The notes under the pieces are model-generated. The model did no database searches. It saw nothing but the letters and a program-made list of their open reading frames with translations, and was not told where the DNA came from. From a virus (taxonomy: Duplodnaviria; Caudoviricetes), in the IMG/VR virus record IMGVR_UViG_3300011832_000025: a stretch of DNA of 64,000 nt. One strand, written 5' to 3'. This document shows, piece after piece, positions 1 through 10,211 of this stretch. Numbering within the stretch: the stretch's first letter is position 1; the number at the start of each line of letters is the position of its first letter. The position numbers and the translations under genes were made by a program.

Positions 1-675
1 AGTGTCTCGGTATTGCACAAGTACGGTTTGGACGCGCACGCAATGGAACACGTTTTGGCTCACCACGAAGCGCAAGATGTGGTGTTTTTGGACGGCTGGG
101 TCTCGCAAGGGCGGATCACGCGCGCGGTTGAAGAAAGCGCCCCGCGGTGGAACGTTTCCCCTATGCTGTATTGTGTGTCCGATCCCAGTGGATTCCAAAA
201 CGCAGTGGCCACCCGCGAGGACATTCTTTTGCCTTCCGCGGTGCTTAACGCTAATGTCTCGGGGCTTTTGAGCCGCACCGTGTACAACCCCGATGGCTTC
301 CATTTTTCGGAAACCTATCAGGATTTTGAAGACATCGACCGCACCCAGGCGTTCATTACGGACATGGTAAACGCCTGCAACGCTCAAACCGTCATTGCCC
401 CCCGAATGGTGCGCCCCTCCAGTGAGCAGCGGGTGGTCGCGCGCGCGCAAGTGGAAGAATTTTGCCGCGTTCACGCCACCGACGACAGCAATATTAAAGT
501 CGGGATTGGGGAGGTCTCCCGCAGTCTGTTGCGTCGTATTCCCACCTTGGTGGTGGTTGACCCTTCCGCGGTGGATGAAGCCCAGCACCTGCTGTGGCTG
601 GCCAACCAACGCAATATTGAGCTTCGTGTCCAGCCGCTGAATGGGCCGTTCCGCGCCTTTTCCATTTTGTCCTGA
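1..675 (+). CDS. StiP-like cysteine-protease family protein with C-terminal PELOTA-type RNA-binding domain (ter-associated stress cluster), 5' truncated by window edge
   Basis: Frame open from base 1; motifs VFLDGWVSQGRI, LLPSAVLNANVSGLLSRT and IKVGIGEVSRSLLRRIP match remembered family motifs; adjacent to HpcH-like gene as in ter clusters. Confidence 0.75.
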   Translation, partial: SVSVLHKYGLDAHAMEHVLAHHEAQDVVFLDGWVSQGRITRAVEESAPRWNVSPMLYCVSDPSGFQNAVATREDILLPSAVLNANVSGLLSRTVYNPDGFHFSETYQDFEDIDRTQAFITDMVNACNAQTVIAPRMVRPSSEQRVVARAQVEEFCRVHATDDSNIKVGIGEVSRSLLRRIPTLVVVDPSAVDEAQHLLWLANQRNIELRVQPLNGPFRAFSILS

Positions 676-740
676 TTGTCTTGTAGTCGCCTGTTTTTCC
701 CGATATGATAAACCGTTGTTTCTTTTCTTGAGGACTTTTC

Positions 741-1625
741 ATGACCGTACACCGTTTGGATCCGTGGGCGTTGGGCGCAACGTTGTATATGCCCGCCACG
801 AAACAGGATCTCTCATCCATTTACGCCGGGTATAAGCTTACCGACGCGCGTTCCACCGTGGTGTGTTTTGAAGACGCCATTCACGAGGATGAAATCGACG
901 CGGGATTGGAAAACCTCCATCACGCGTTTTTGAGCGCCAGCCGCTGCGACCAGTTGCGGTTTGTCCGTCCCCGCAACCCTCAGGTGTTGGAACGTATTTT
1001 GGCGGTGCCGGGAATTGAACACAATGTTCACGGTTTTGTGCTGCCCAAGGTCACAGCTCAAAACATTGGGGAATACCTCACACGCTTGGAGGGCACGCCT
1101 TTTGTCATTATGCCCACCATGGAAACGGCGGAGATGTTCCACGGCGAACACCTCAAAGATTTGCGCCACGCCTTGACTGAGGTGCGGGAGCGCGTGCTGT
1201 CGTTGCGCATTGGGGGCAATGATTTGCTCAACCAACTGGGTATGCGCCGCCCCAAGCACGGCACCTTGTACCAAACCCCCCTGCAGCCCACTATTTGCAA
1301 AATGGTCCATGTGTTTAAGCCACACGGTTTTCATTTGTCCGCGCCCGTGTTTGAGTACACCGACCGCATGGACAATTTGGAAGCGGAAGTGGAACAGGAT
1401 TTGATGCACGGGTTGACCTGCAAAACCGCTATTCACCCAGACCAGATCAAGGTCATTGAGAGCCACTACCGGGTGTTGGAAAACGATTTGGAAACCGCCC
1501 AAAAGTTGCTGGACAAAAACAGTCCGGCGGTGTTTAAAATGAACGGCGCCATGTGTGAGCAAACCACTCATGGCCGCTGGGCGGAACAGGTGGTGGCCCG
1601 CGCCGCGGTGTACGGAACAGTGTAA
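741..1625 (+). CDS. HpcH/HpaI aldolase / citrate lyase beta-like protein (ter-cluster type)
   Basis: ALGATLYMPAT, CFEDAI, FVRPRN, FVLPK, LRIGGNDL, KTAIHPDQI; RBS gagga. Confidence 0.85.
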   Translation: MTVHRLDPWALGATLYMPATKQDLSSIYAGYKLTDARSTVVCFEDAIHEDEIDAGLENLHHAFLSASRCDQLRFVRPRNPQVLERILAVPGIEHNVHGFVLPKVTAQNIGEYLTRLEGTPFVIMPTMETAEMFHGEHLKDLRHALTEVRERVLSLRIGGNDLLNQLGMRRPKHGTLYQTPLQPTICKMVHVFKPHGFHLSAPVFEYTDRMDNLEAEVEQDLMHGLTCKTAIHPDQIKVIESHYRVLENDLETAQKLLDKNSPAVFKMNGAMCEQTTHGRWAEQVVARAAVYGTV

Positions 1626-1684
1626 TTCACCTTGTGTTGCCCGATTTTTTGTGTATCCTGTGGCAAATTTTCAGGAGCTGGTGC

Positions 1685-2965
1685 ATGAAAAAACGGGCAA
1701 CAACCACCGAGACAATCTCTCCCCCATTGGTGTGGGAAACGGAAGACGCGTATTTGTCCGCCGAGGACCAACGGGAAGAAAAGATTAAAGCTATTCAAGC
1801 TCGGGTGGAAAGCAACAACCGTTTGGTGGTGGTGGCCGATTCGACCGCCGCTTTTCCCGAGTTTTTCTCCGGAAAAGGCTCAACCGGCGTCTCCCTCCCG
1901 CGCGTCTCGGTGGACCAGCAGTTGATGGTCTTTAATCATTTTGATTTGCCTTTTGGTTGCCAACAGCCCACTTTTGCCCACGCCCACGTGTTGGCCACGT
2001 TAATCAAATCCTCGTTCCTTCCCGACAGTGATTTGGACACAGTGGTGTTGTTTTTACGGCACATGTACCACCAATACAGCAATGAAGTGACGCCAAAGAT
2101 GTTTCGCCTGTCGGAAAGCGATCAATATACCTTTGTGGAAGAGTGGCTTAAACGCATGCCCTGGCTGCAAGAATACGATCGCGACAGTTGGTGGTGTGTT
2201 TCTGAAAAATTGGCTCAAGAAGGATATCACAATGAAGCTGTACTGGCGCATTATCAAGCAATGCCCACAGTCAAAGATTTTGAGAAAACCCTAAAAGAGT
2301 GTCAGAATTTTGAAGACACCAACGATGGACGGTGGTTGTCCCGAGATCTGCAAGACGCGGCGCAAAAAGTCTCCAGCACAGGCTTGGGGGTATATGGAAG
2401 CTTAATTAACGCCCGTCCCACCGTGCAAATTATGCCCACCAATTGCTGGTTGGAGCTGGACGGCAAACATTCGGTGCTGCACAAAACCAAAACCGTGGAG
2501 CGTTTTTTGTGCGCCATGCTGATGGTGTATCGCGCCACCTCATCTTTTGATGTGGTAAAACATTTGCAAAACTTAGAACAGCAACTGTATCAAGGCAATC
2601 CCGACTTTGATATCGTGCAACCTTCCCGTCTGGAAGCGGTTCGTCACCACCATGAGGCGCAATGCACCGCGCCGCCTTACACGGTGGTGTGGGATAAAAT
2701 GCACGGCCCGTTGTCGTCCCCCTTAGTGCAACAGACGTGGCCGGTGTTGGCCTGGAGCAGTTTAACCTCCAATGTGGGCGTGGTAACGGGAGAAACCACG
2801 GCGCTGGATGAATTTCACCAGTGGTTAACGACCAGTTCAACGCCCGCACACAGTTGGTTGTGTTTTGGCGCCACGGCGGAGATCGGTTGGATAAATCCGG
2901 TATCTTTGGGCGAAAAGAGTTTTGTTTCCATCAAAGATATTGTGGCTTCGTTTACCAAACTGTAA
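1685..2965 (+). CDS. hypothetical protein
   Basis: Long ORF; ATG at 1685 preceded by aggag. Confidence 0.7.
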   Translation: MKKRATTTETISPPLVWETEDAYLSAEDQREEKIKAIQARVESNNRLVVVADSTAAFPEFFSGKGSTGVSLPRVSVDQQLMVFNHFDLPFGCQQPTFAHAHVLATLIKSSFLPDSDLDTVVLFLRHMYHQYSNEVTPKMFRLSESDQYTFVEEWLKRMPWLQEYDRDSWWCVSEKLAQEGYHNEAVLAHYQAMPTVKDFEKTLKECQNFEDTNDGRWLSRDLQDAAQKVSSTGLGVYGSLINARPTVQIMPTNCWLELDGKHSVLHKTKTVERFLCAMLMVYRATSSFDVVKHLQNLEQQLYQGNPDFDIVQPSRLEAVRHHHEAQCTAPPYTVVWDKMHGPLSSPLVQQTWPVLAWSSLTSNVGVVTGETTALDEFHQWLTTSSTPAHSWLCFGATAEIGWINPVSLGEKSFVSIKDIVASFTKL

Positions 2966-3058
2966 CGGCGCCGAACTCCAACACAGTCCTTAATGGCCAC
3001 ACGATTGCCACGCAAAGGGAAACTGCTAAAATACACACATACAACAGCAAGGGTTTCT

Positions 3059-3790
3059 ATGAATTACGACACAAGCAAAGCTCAAGCTTACGCGTTCCGT
3101 TTGAGTGTAAGAGCCACCAAGGCCTTGGAACAGGTGCACCAATTGTACGACGCCCCCCATATCTTACCCATCACCCGCGCTCTTCTGTTGCAAAAAATTC
3201 ACGCCTATTTAATGGCCGACAACGCTTTGGATTTGGATTTAAAAAAAGAAGTGTTGGAGTTTTACATCGAGGACTTTGAAGAACGCCGCTCATCCCAGTA
3301 CGTGTTTGAAGTGGAAACCGTCGATTGCGATGAAACCCCGGGCGTATTAAAACTGGCGGACCAATTTGCGGAATTGGTTAAAAAGCGACTGCCCAAAGAC
3401 CCATCCATCAAATCCATCAGTCAGGGCGTGGCGCAGTGCTTAAGCGACATGCGAAAAGAAGACGTCGACACATTTGCCGTTTTGTTCCAATTTTTCTACG
3501 CCCATCCCCCAGAAAGTATTGATTCAGATCACCCCACCAGCTTGTTGGACGACTACAATTTGCCGCACGATGTCGATATTGATGACGTGGACGCGTTGTT
3601 TCGGGAAGTGGCTTACAGTGTATTGCCTCAATTTTCGTGTTTATGGGAAGACCCACACCACCCGCTTGCCCCCATACGGAAAAATTTGGAAGAAATGATT
3701 AACAACAGTTGCACCATGTTTTTAAACTTGGAAGAGGGGTTAAAACACGTCGTTAAAGAATCCGCCTCCAATAAAAAACACACTCCATGA
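3059..3790 (+). CDS. hypothetical protein
   Basis: Long ORF co-oriented with neighbours; start uncertain (2993 or 3059). Confidence 0.65.
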   Translation: MNYDTSKAQAYAFRLSVRATKALEQVHQLYDAPHILPITRALLLQKIHAYLMADNALDLDLKKEVLEFYIEDFEERRSSQYVFEVETVDCDETPGVLKLADQFAELVKKRLPKDPSIKSISQGVAQCLSDMRKEDVDTFAVLFQFFYAHPPESIDSDHPTSLLDDYNLPHDVDIDDVDALFREVAYSVLPQFSCLWEDPHHPLAPIRKNLEEMINNSCTMFLNLEEGLKHVVKESASNKKHTP

Positions 3791-3939
3791 GAGAGTTTTG
3801 TCTGCGGCAACTGTTCCCACACGCTGGTCAAACAGATGACCCCCACAGCTGAATTGAAGCAAAAGGGATATTTCCTAAACTGTTGCGTTTAGAAATTTGT
3901 GGTGTATTGTAGTTAAACGCTATCACCAAGGAGGTGGTT

Positions 3940-4449
3940 ATGAAAAAGTTCATTTTTTCACTGATCGCAATGTGCGCTCTGCTGGTTAGTGCCAGCGCTT
4001 TTGCGCAGTATGATTCCCGTTACGAGCGCTCGGGGCATTACAATCAACGCTCCCATGTCTACTACGATAATCATTACAACAACCGCGCCGACCGTTATGT
4101 GCAACGCAGCGCCCGGGATTGGGGGTATTACAATGGCGCGGGCCGCTACGCCCCACCACCTCGTTATGTGGTCCAACCCAATTACAACCGTGGGTATTAT
4201 TACCCCAATGAGCGTTATGACCGCCGATACAACCGTTACGATTCCCGCTACGGGCGGTGCGCGCCGAACCGCGACCGTGTTCGCGACCGCAACCAAGCTG
4301 CTATTGCCGGCGCCGTGATCGGCGGATTGGTGGGAAGTCAGACTGGGGGTTACAACGACGACCAAGCCGCGCGCGCGGCGGCCGGAGCATTGGCCGGGGC
4401 AGCGTTAGGCTATGGGGTGGGCAATTCTTCCCGGTACGATTGTTGGTAA
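3940..4449 (+). CDS. secreted Tyr/Arg-rich protein with C-terminal glycine-zipper 2TM motif
   Basis: Signal peptide MKKFIFSLIAMCALLVSASAFA; GAVIGGLVG...GALAGAALGYGVG; RBS aaggaggt. Confidence 0.8.
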   Translation: MKKFIFSLIAMCALLVSASAFAQYDSRYERSGHYNQRSHVYYDNHYNNRADRYVQRSARDWGYYNGAGRYAPPPRYVVQPNYNRGYYYPNERYDRRYNRYDSRYGRCAPNRDRVRDRNQAAIAGAVIGGLVGSQTGGYNDDQAARAAAGALAGAALGYGVGNSSRYDCW

Positions 4450-4465
4450 TTATAAAAAGCAACAC

Positions 4466-4490
4466 AAAAAGGGACCTATGGTCCCTTTTT
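4466..4490 (+). terminator. rho-independent terminator
   Basis: aaaaaGGGACC-tat-GGTCCCttttt. Confidence 0.75.
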
Positions 4491-4557
4491 ATTGGGTGGA
4501 GTTTGTGATTACTCAAATTTCCGCTACAATAATACAAAATCAAAAAGGATCTGTTAG

Positions 4558-5154
4558 ATGAGTATGCAAGACATTCAAGAACAGCAACAAAAGTTGCAAA
4601 AAACCGAAAAATGGGAAGGTTGGGTTGGAAAGTCAATGGTGGCGTCCATTTTGGTTGGATACGCGTCATCGGGAACTGTGTCAGATATTGCCGGCGCCAT
4701 TGCTTCAATCAGCGTGGTTGGGTACTTGTCCTTGAGTTTTGCGTCTTCTCAGCAGAAAAAAGAGATTGAAAAGCGAAAAAAAGAGTTTGTCCACATGCAA
4801 GGAGCGGATAAAAATATTCGCCAATATGATGATTTGGATAAGCGTGAGAAAAAAATTCGGCGCACGCGCGCGGTGATTTTTGCAGCGGGGGTGGCCACGG
4901 GCGTGGCGGGGACCGTCGCCACCAAATATTTAGGCCACCCAGAAATGGATTCGGCGGCGTTATTTATCGGAATTGTTGTAGGGACTTTGGCCAGCGCATT
5001 GACGTCGTTAAAAGAGTTAACCAGCATAAAGGAACAAAAAACCAGTTCGGTAACCGCATTGGAAGCCCGCCGCGCCCAAATGAGAGCAGAAGCCCGAGTG
5101 GAATCCGATTTAAAATGGAAAGACATAAAATCAAAAATTGGTAAAAATGGTTAA
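4558..5154 (+). CDS. hypothetical membrane protein (two pairs of hydrophobic helices)
   Basis: ORF with four hydrophobic segments; architecture like 20486 and 49369. Confidence 0.7.
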   Translation: MSMQDIQEQQQKLQKTEKWEGWVGKSMVASILVGYASSGTVSDIAGAIASISVVGYLSLSFASSQQKKEIEKRKKEFVHMQGADKNIRQYDDLDKREKKIRRTRAVIFAAGVATGVAGTVATKYLGHPEMDSAALFIGIVVGTLASALTSLKELTSIKEQKTSSVTALEARRAQMRAEARVESDLKWKDIKSKIGKNG

Positions 5155-5416
5155 CAGTATAAACCTTGGCCACCACAGCCCCACAATGGGGCTGTGTTTT
5201 TTTGTGTTGCCGATAATGAGCGCGCTGAACCGCAAATAACGACAGGCCTAAGTCCACCAAAGAACACTTGTCAAACACAAAAAAAGAAGCTACAGTGGTT
5301 CTATGAGCACTTTATTTCTCCTCCGTTGCCGTTGTTGTTGATCCCCGTTGCCGGGGCCATATGTGTTGGGCTTGAAAAATTAACACATGTATTCAACAAC
5401 AATATGAGGAGTTTTT

Positions 5417-6766
5417 ATGAGCATTGTGTTTCAAGATTCGTTGTCGCGCCAACTTCTGGCCGTTCCCCACGACACCACCACCCCCATTTCGTTTTACGCG
5501 TGCGGCATCACGCCCTATTCTGATGCCCACATTGGCCACGCCCGTTCGTTTGTGGTGTTCGACTTAATGCGCCGCGTACTGGAGACCGATGGCTACACTG
5601 TTAATTTGGTGCGCAATATCACCGACGTGGATGATAAAATTATTGCCCAGGCGGCCGCGCAAAATCGTCATTGGAAAGAGTTGGCGCATTCGTTTGCCGC
5701 CCAAAACCGCCAGTTGATGAGCGAAATGAATGTGGGACACTACGAAGAACCCGCCGCAAGCGAACACATTCCCGACATTATTGATTTGGTGGAACGTTTG
5801 ATTGCAAAGGGTCACGCTTATGTGGGCGAGAATGGGGATGTGTTGTATTCGGTCAAAAGTTTCCAAGGCGCCCCTCTCATGCCGCACGACTTGGACGATT
5901 TGGGCCACAACGGAGCACGAGTGCAACACGATGGCAAGCGCGACAACCATGATTTTGTGTTGTGGAAAGGCGCAAAACCCAACGAACCCTCGTGGCCTTC
6001 GCCGTGGGGCAATGGCCGACCAGGCTGGCATATCGAATGCTCAGCCATGATTGAAAAACGGTTTGGCGCAACCATTGATTATCATGGCGGTGGCACGGAT
6101 TTGCGTTTTCCCCACCACCAAGCGGAAATTCAACAAAGCGAGGCGGCGTACGACCGCCCCTTAGCTCACCGTTGGGTGCACCACGGGTCGGTGCGCGATG
6201 GACGGGGTCAAAAAATGTCCAAATCGTTGGGGAACGTGGTGTTGCTCAAAGACGCGTTGGCCAGCGCCGAATCCCTGGCGCCGGGCGCGGGGGGCGCGGT
6301 GTTGCGCCACGCCTTGCTCAGCGCGTTGTGGACCAAACCATTGGATTATTGGCCCGCCACAACGCTAAAAACTTCTGTGTCCCATCTCACCCAATGGAGC
6401 AAGGCCGCGCAAAAGGGTACTGTGTCCGCGCAGATGAACGAGCGTTTGACGGCCCCCTTGCGCGAAAATCTCAACACACCAAAGTTCTTTGCGCTGTTGC
6501 ATGAATTGAGTTCCGAAGCAAAACGTGGTTCTCAAGACGCCGCCGCGGCGGTATACGAAGGCCTTATTCGTTTGGGCGTGGCTGAAACCGCCATCGCCGC
6601 CCTCAAACACGAAGACGTGGTTGAAACTCCGCAACACATTCAAGATTTGCTCAATCAACGCGAGCAGCACCGACACAACCGTGATTTTGCCCAAGCGGAT
6701 GCGGTGCGTGATCAACTAAAGAAACTTGGATGGGGGGTGCAAGATAAACCACTGAAAATCAAATAA
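5417..6766 (+). CDS. cysS: cysteinyl-tRNA synthetase
   Basis: YACGITPY..HIGH, RNITDVDDKII, DFVLWK, GRPGWHIECSAM, GGGTDLRFPHH, KMSKSLGN. Confidence 0.95.
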   Translation: MSIVFQDSLSRQLLAVPHDTTTPISFYACGITPYSDAHIGHARSFVVFDLMRRVLETDGYTVNLVRNITDVDDKIIAQAAAQNRHWKELAHSFAAQNRQLMSEMNVGHYEEPAASEHIPDIIDLVERLIAKGHAYVGENGDVLYSVKSFQGAPLMPHDLDDLGHNGARVQHDGKRDNHDFVLWKGAKPNEPSWPSPWGNGRPGWHIECSAMIEKRFGATIDYHGGGTDLRFPHHQAEIQQSEAAYDRPLAHRWVHHGSVRDGRGQKMSKSLGNVVLLKDALASAESLAPGAGGAVLRHALLSALWTKPLDYWPATTLKTSVSHLTQWSKAAQKGTVSAQMNERLTAPLRENLNTPKFFALLHELSSEAKRGSQDAAAAVYEGLIRLGVAETAIAALKHEDVVETPQHIQDLLNQREQHRHNRDFAQADAVRDQLKKLGWGVQDKPLKIK

Positions 6767-6767
6767 T

Positions 6768-6790
6768 AAACGGCCTTCGGGCCGTTTTTT
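6768..6790 (+). terminator. rho-independent terminator after cysS
   Basis: aaaCGGCC-ttcg-GGCCGtttttt. Confidence 0.8.
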
Positions 6791-6864
6791 GTTGAATGTT
6801 GCCCACAAAGGTATACAATAAATCAATAAATATTGTCTGTCGCAGACAACCCCAAGGACAAAAG

Positions 6865-7710
6865 ATGAATTACTCTGATACGTTGCCCCGAGTGTACGAA
6901 ATGGAAAATGGATACAATTACAGTGTCCACGCGGTTCCTTTTATTTCCGTACCTGATGCGCAGAAAATTGCGCAAGAAATGCCAAAATTTTCAGCCCAAT
7001 TAAGACCCAAAGCTAAAAAATTGGTGGATCTTCTGACACAGTTTCCCACAATGTCGGTAAATCTTTACGCGCACAATTACTCAATTCCCTCGGAGTACGT
7101 TGATCACTATTGTGTGGTGCAAGCCCGCCCAGAAGGGCGCGAACCGCTTAGCCACAAAAAAACGGACTTGGCTTTTTTGGCGGATCCCACCCAATGGAAG
7201 CTGGAATGCTTAAAACAACTGTGGGATTTGCGCTCCGCCGTCGAAAAGATTAACGACAAATGCAAAATTAAAATCAATATGGCCTGCGTTCAATACGCCA
7301 TGGAATTGTATGAGAAAATAGAAAGCGGTGCGTTGTGTGTTGAAGCGGTGGATATGGGCTCAATGCTTTCCCAGACGGGGTACGCCATATTCAATATCAC
7401 CAATGGGGGGTATGTGAACAGCCAACTAAAGTACGCCTGCGAAACATTGAACAGCGCGGAATTGTTTCCCACAGAAGTGGCCGCGCGCAATTATATCAAC
7501 TCCAAAGCTGATTACGGCTGTCATTACACAATCATTCCGATTGCCATGCAAGCCGGTCCTCATTTGGGGGTGGTGTCCCGAGGCGTGCGCCACGGATCGA
7601 TGGAGCAACGGGACCAAGAGCAGTTGGCGCTTTTGGAAAAAGAGATTTTGGTGGTGAATTTGCCCACTGACAATACGTCGGCGCAAAAAACCAAAAAATC
7701 CAAAATCTAA
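6865..7710 (+). CDS. hypothetical protein, basic C-terminal tail (KKSKI)
   Basis: ORF with RBS aagga before ATG 6865. Confidence 0.7.
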   Translation: MNYSDTLPRVYEMENGYNYSVHAVPFISVPDAQKIAQEMPKFSAQLRPKAKKLVDLLTQFPTMSVNLYAHNYSIPSEYVDHYCVVQARPEGREPLSHKKTDLAFLADPTQWKLECLKQLWDLRSAVEKINDKCKIKINMACVQYAMELYEKIESGALCVEAVDMGSMLSQTGYAIFNITNGGYVNSQLKYACETLNSAELFPTEVAARNYINSKADYGCHYTIIPIAMQAGPHLGVVSRGVRHGSMEQRDQEQLALLEKEILVVNLPTDNTSAQKTKKSKI

Positions 7711-7727
7711 CACACCCCGAGAATTGT

Positions 7728-8936
7728 ATGAGCCAGCGGTTTGAAGACAATATTATCCAAGCGATCACCACTTCCAACGTGGAGTTGTTAAAAGCAACTT
7801 TGGAAAAATCGGACCGAAAGATTGCTTGGAACCAAACGTATGATGGGTTGTCGGTGTTGGCCTTGTGCGTCAAGTTTTTTCATCCAGAGATTGTTAAAAC
7901 CCTGTATCCGTCTTCACAGCAGATCCTTCCCGATGAGGTGTTCACCTATATCATTGAACACGCGCCTCAGGCGGTTGTTGAGGCGTTTGCTGATAATGTC
8001 ATTGCAACACTCAATGAGGAGTTGGATGAAAATAATCTGTGGAACGACGACAATCTTGCCGAACAGGTTCTCAAAACATTGGAGAGATCCACCCCACATA
8101 TTATTCCTCTTATAAACCACTCTTCTTGCAAGGTGATCAAAGAATTACTTGAAAACAAAATTGGGTCACATTTTTTATCGGTGTTGTTGATCAAAGCGGT
8201 TGAGTGGGGCAACGCAAAACTGTTGCACCACGCGCTGGAACAAATTCAACAACAAGATTTAAATCTGTGGCCCCCCTTGGCCTATAAAGATTGGACCACA
8301 GCACATATTCACTGCGTTTACCAAATGTACGCCGCGCAATCCCACCCCGCTCTGAACACATTTCTCGACCAAATGGGAGAGAAGACATGGGGAAACCTTC
8401 AAAAAGCGCACCACACTGTGGCGTTGTACAGTATTCAGGCGTTAAAGCACGTGCTGAACAATGACAACGCCGCCAACACAAATGTGTTTGTTCAAAACGC
8501 GTCCCAAGACGGGTTGCGATTCTTCAGCGATACTGATGTGTTAACCCAGTTGAACGCAAAAGAGTTGAAGCGATTGTTGAGGGCGGGCCAGGGCCGGGTG
8601 ATTGACCACTATAGGTTTTTGTCGACTTCCGTATTGAATTTTGAAATTCCCATTGTTTTGGAACAATACCGACGAATGTGTTTCAGCCCCAACCCAGATC
8701 AAGAGCGACAAATTTTTCAGGAGATGTGCGCGTCGCTGGTGCCCAGCATACCGTACGCATTTCAAGAAAAGCGGATGGATTTGGAAAAATTTTACGGGTC
8801 CATTTATGGAGCACCGCCCAACCAGAGCGTTTCGGTTCTGGATTGTTTAAGTCCCCCCGATCGGGCTTGGGTCGAAAAACGCCTATTGATGGAACACCTT
8901 CCCTGCTCGGTCTCCTCCAAAAAGTCAAAGATTTAA
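7728..8936 (+). CDS. hypothetical helical protein, possibly degenerate ankyrin-like; tail KKSKI
   Basis: 402 aa ORF; LIKAVEWGNAKLL resembles an ankyrin-type helix pair. Confidence 0.65.
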   Translation: MSQRFEDNIIQAITTSNVELLKATLEKSDRKIAWNQTYDGLSVLALCVKFFHPEIVKTLYPSSQQILPDEVFTYIIEHAPQAVVEAFADNVIATLNEELDENNLWNDDNLAEQVLKTLERSTPHIIPLINHSSCKVIKELLENKIGSHFLSVLLIKAVEWGNAKLLHHALEQIQQQDLNLWPPLAYKDWTTAHIHCVYQMYAAQSHPALNTFLDQMGEKTWGNLQKAHHTVALYSIQALKHVLNNDNAANTNVFVQNASQDGLRFFSDTDVLTQLNAKELKRLLRAGQGRVIDHYRFLSTSVLNFEIPIVLEQYRRMCFSPNPDQERQIFQEMCASLVPSIPYAFQEKRMDLEKFYGSIYGAPPNQSVSVLDCLSPPDRAWVEKRLLMEHLPCSVSSKKSKI

Positions 8937-9019
8937 CTTGCAGACAGAATGGCGGCGATTTTTCTTTGCACCCCAAGAAAAACACTGCTATACTACACCC
9001 ATCACTATTGGATTATTTT

Positions 9020-10057
9020 ATGTCTGACCCTAAAACCCTAACCGACTTGCTGGCCCAGTTGCAGCAAACCATTGGTGAAATTCAAGAGCATCACGAATGG
9101 AACGAGATTGACGGCCCCTCGAAGGTGTTTGACGTCGTGTCCGGGCCCATTTTGCCTCTGTTGCACAATTACAAGTGGCGCGAAAAAATTTTGACCGAGA
9201 AAGCTAATCAGGTGTTGGGGAAATCCCCTGGCGTTCATGGATCGGATGGGAAAACGCAACCACAGATGGAATCCAAATCCGCCAAGTTAAAGAGCCGGCT
9301 CATCAACATCGCCGCGGCTATTGGTATGTACGACAAAATTGAATCAAAAGTGGATTCCAATGAAGCGCTGGACACCTCTCCTTTGTTGGATCATTTCAAC
9401 ACCGGTGCGGTGCGGGAAGAGGCCGCCTTAGCACTCATTCAAGCCACCCCGTTGCAAGGAAAGGAGGGGAAAACAGTTATGTTTTCGTCACCCCGCCGTG
9501 CCGCCCGTTTGTTGAAAATTTTGGAAGAGAAATCGGTGTTGGCCCGCGACAAAATGGGGGATCTGGTGTTGGGGGTTAACCCGTGGGTTGCGGTTGAGTG
9601 GCCCCCGACCTTGCTAACTATTGGCGTGGCGCGCTACGAACACAGTGTGTTTGGATTGTTTGGGGCGCAAGAAAAAGCTCTACTGACTGTTTTGTGCGAC
9701 AGCAAAGACATTGAAGAGGTGCTGGGCGATCATTTTGAAAAACGCTTTGGAGAGTACAGAGAACAGATGGATGTCAGGGGCAGCAACCCCAACCATGGCG
9801 CGGCCCCATCCGCCCATGATTCGGTTAAAATTTCGTTAGAGCAGGTGTTGTCTCTGCCCTCCAGTCGGGTTATTCATTTGGATACGGGGGCGCTGTGGAG
9901 CGAAAAAATCAAACTTGATCCCTTGTTGGTTGACAAAATCCAAAAAATGCCCGATCGTCGCACCCAAAAGGGCGTTATTAAACAGCAAATTTCGCGGTAC
10001 GTAACGCAATTTGAGGCCCATGAGCAATCGTTGAAAAACGCTAAAATCAAACCCTAA
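9020..10057 (+). CDS. hypothetical protein, possible PD-(D/E)xK restriction-endonuclease-like fold
   Basis: RE...GSDG..QMESKS resembles D...ExK catalytic spacing; near a DNA MTase. Confidence 0.45.
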   Translation: MSDPKTLTDLLAQLQQTIGEIQEHHEWNEIDGPSKVFDVVSGPILPLLHNYKWREKILTEKANQVLGKSPGVHGSDGKTQPQMESKSAKLKSRLINIAAAIGMYDKIESKVDSNEALDTSPLLDHFNTGAVREEAALALIQATPLQGKEGKTVMFSSPRRAARLLKILEEKSVLARDKMGDLVLGVNPWVAVEWPPTLLTIGVARYEHSVFGLFGAQEKALLTVLCDSKDIEEVLGDHFEKRFGEYREQMDVRGSNPNHGAAPSAHDSVKISLEQVLSLPSSRVIHLDTGALWSEKIKLDPLLVDKIQKMPDRRTQKGVIKQQISRYVTQFEAHEQSLKNAKIKP

Positions 10058-10185
10058 GTCCAACGAAAAAGGACACGAAGCCAAACGTGAAATTCAGACC
10101 GCAGTCAAATATTCAATCAAGAAACGCCATACGTAAAATAAGTTTTACAGGAAAATCATAAGAAACACGTTAAGTCAATCTTCGC

Positions 10186-10211
10186 AAAAAAGGGCCCACT
10201 GGGCCCTTTTT
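10186..10211. terminator. bidirectional terminator between convergent genes
   Basis: aaaaaaGGGCCC-act-GGGCCCttttt. Confidence 0.7.
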
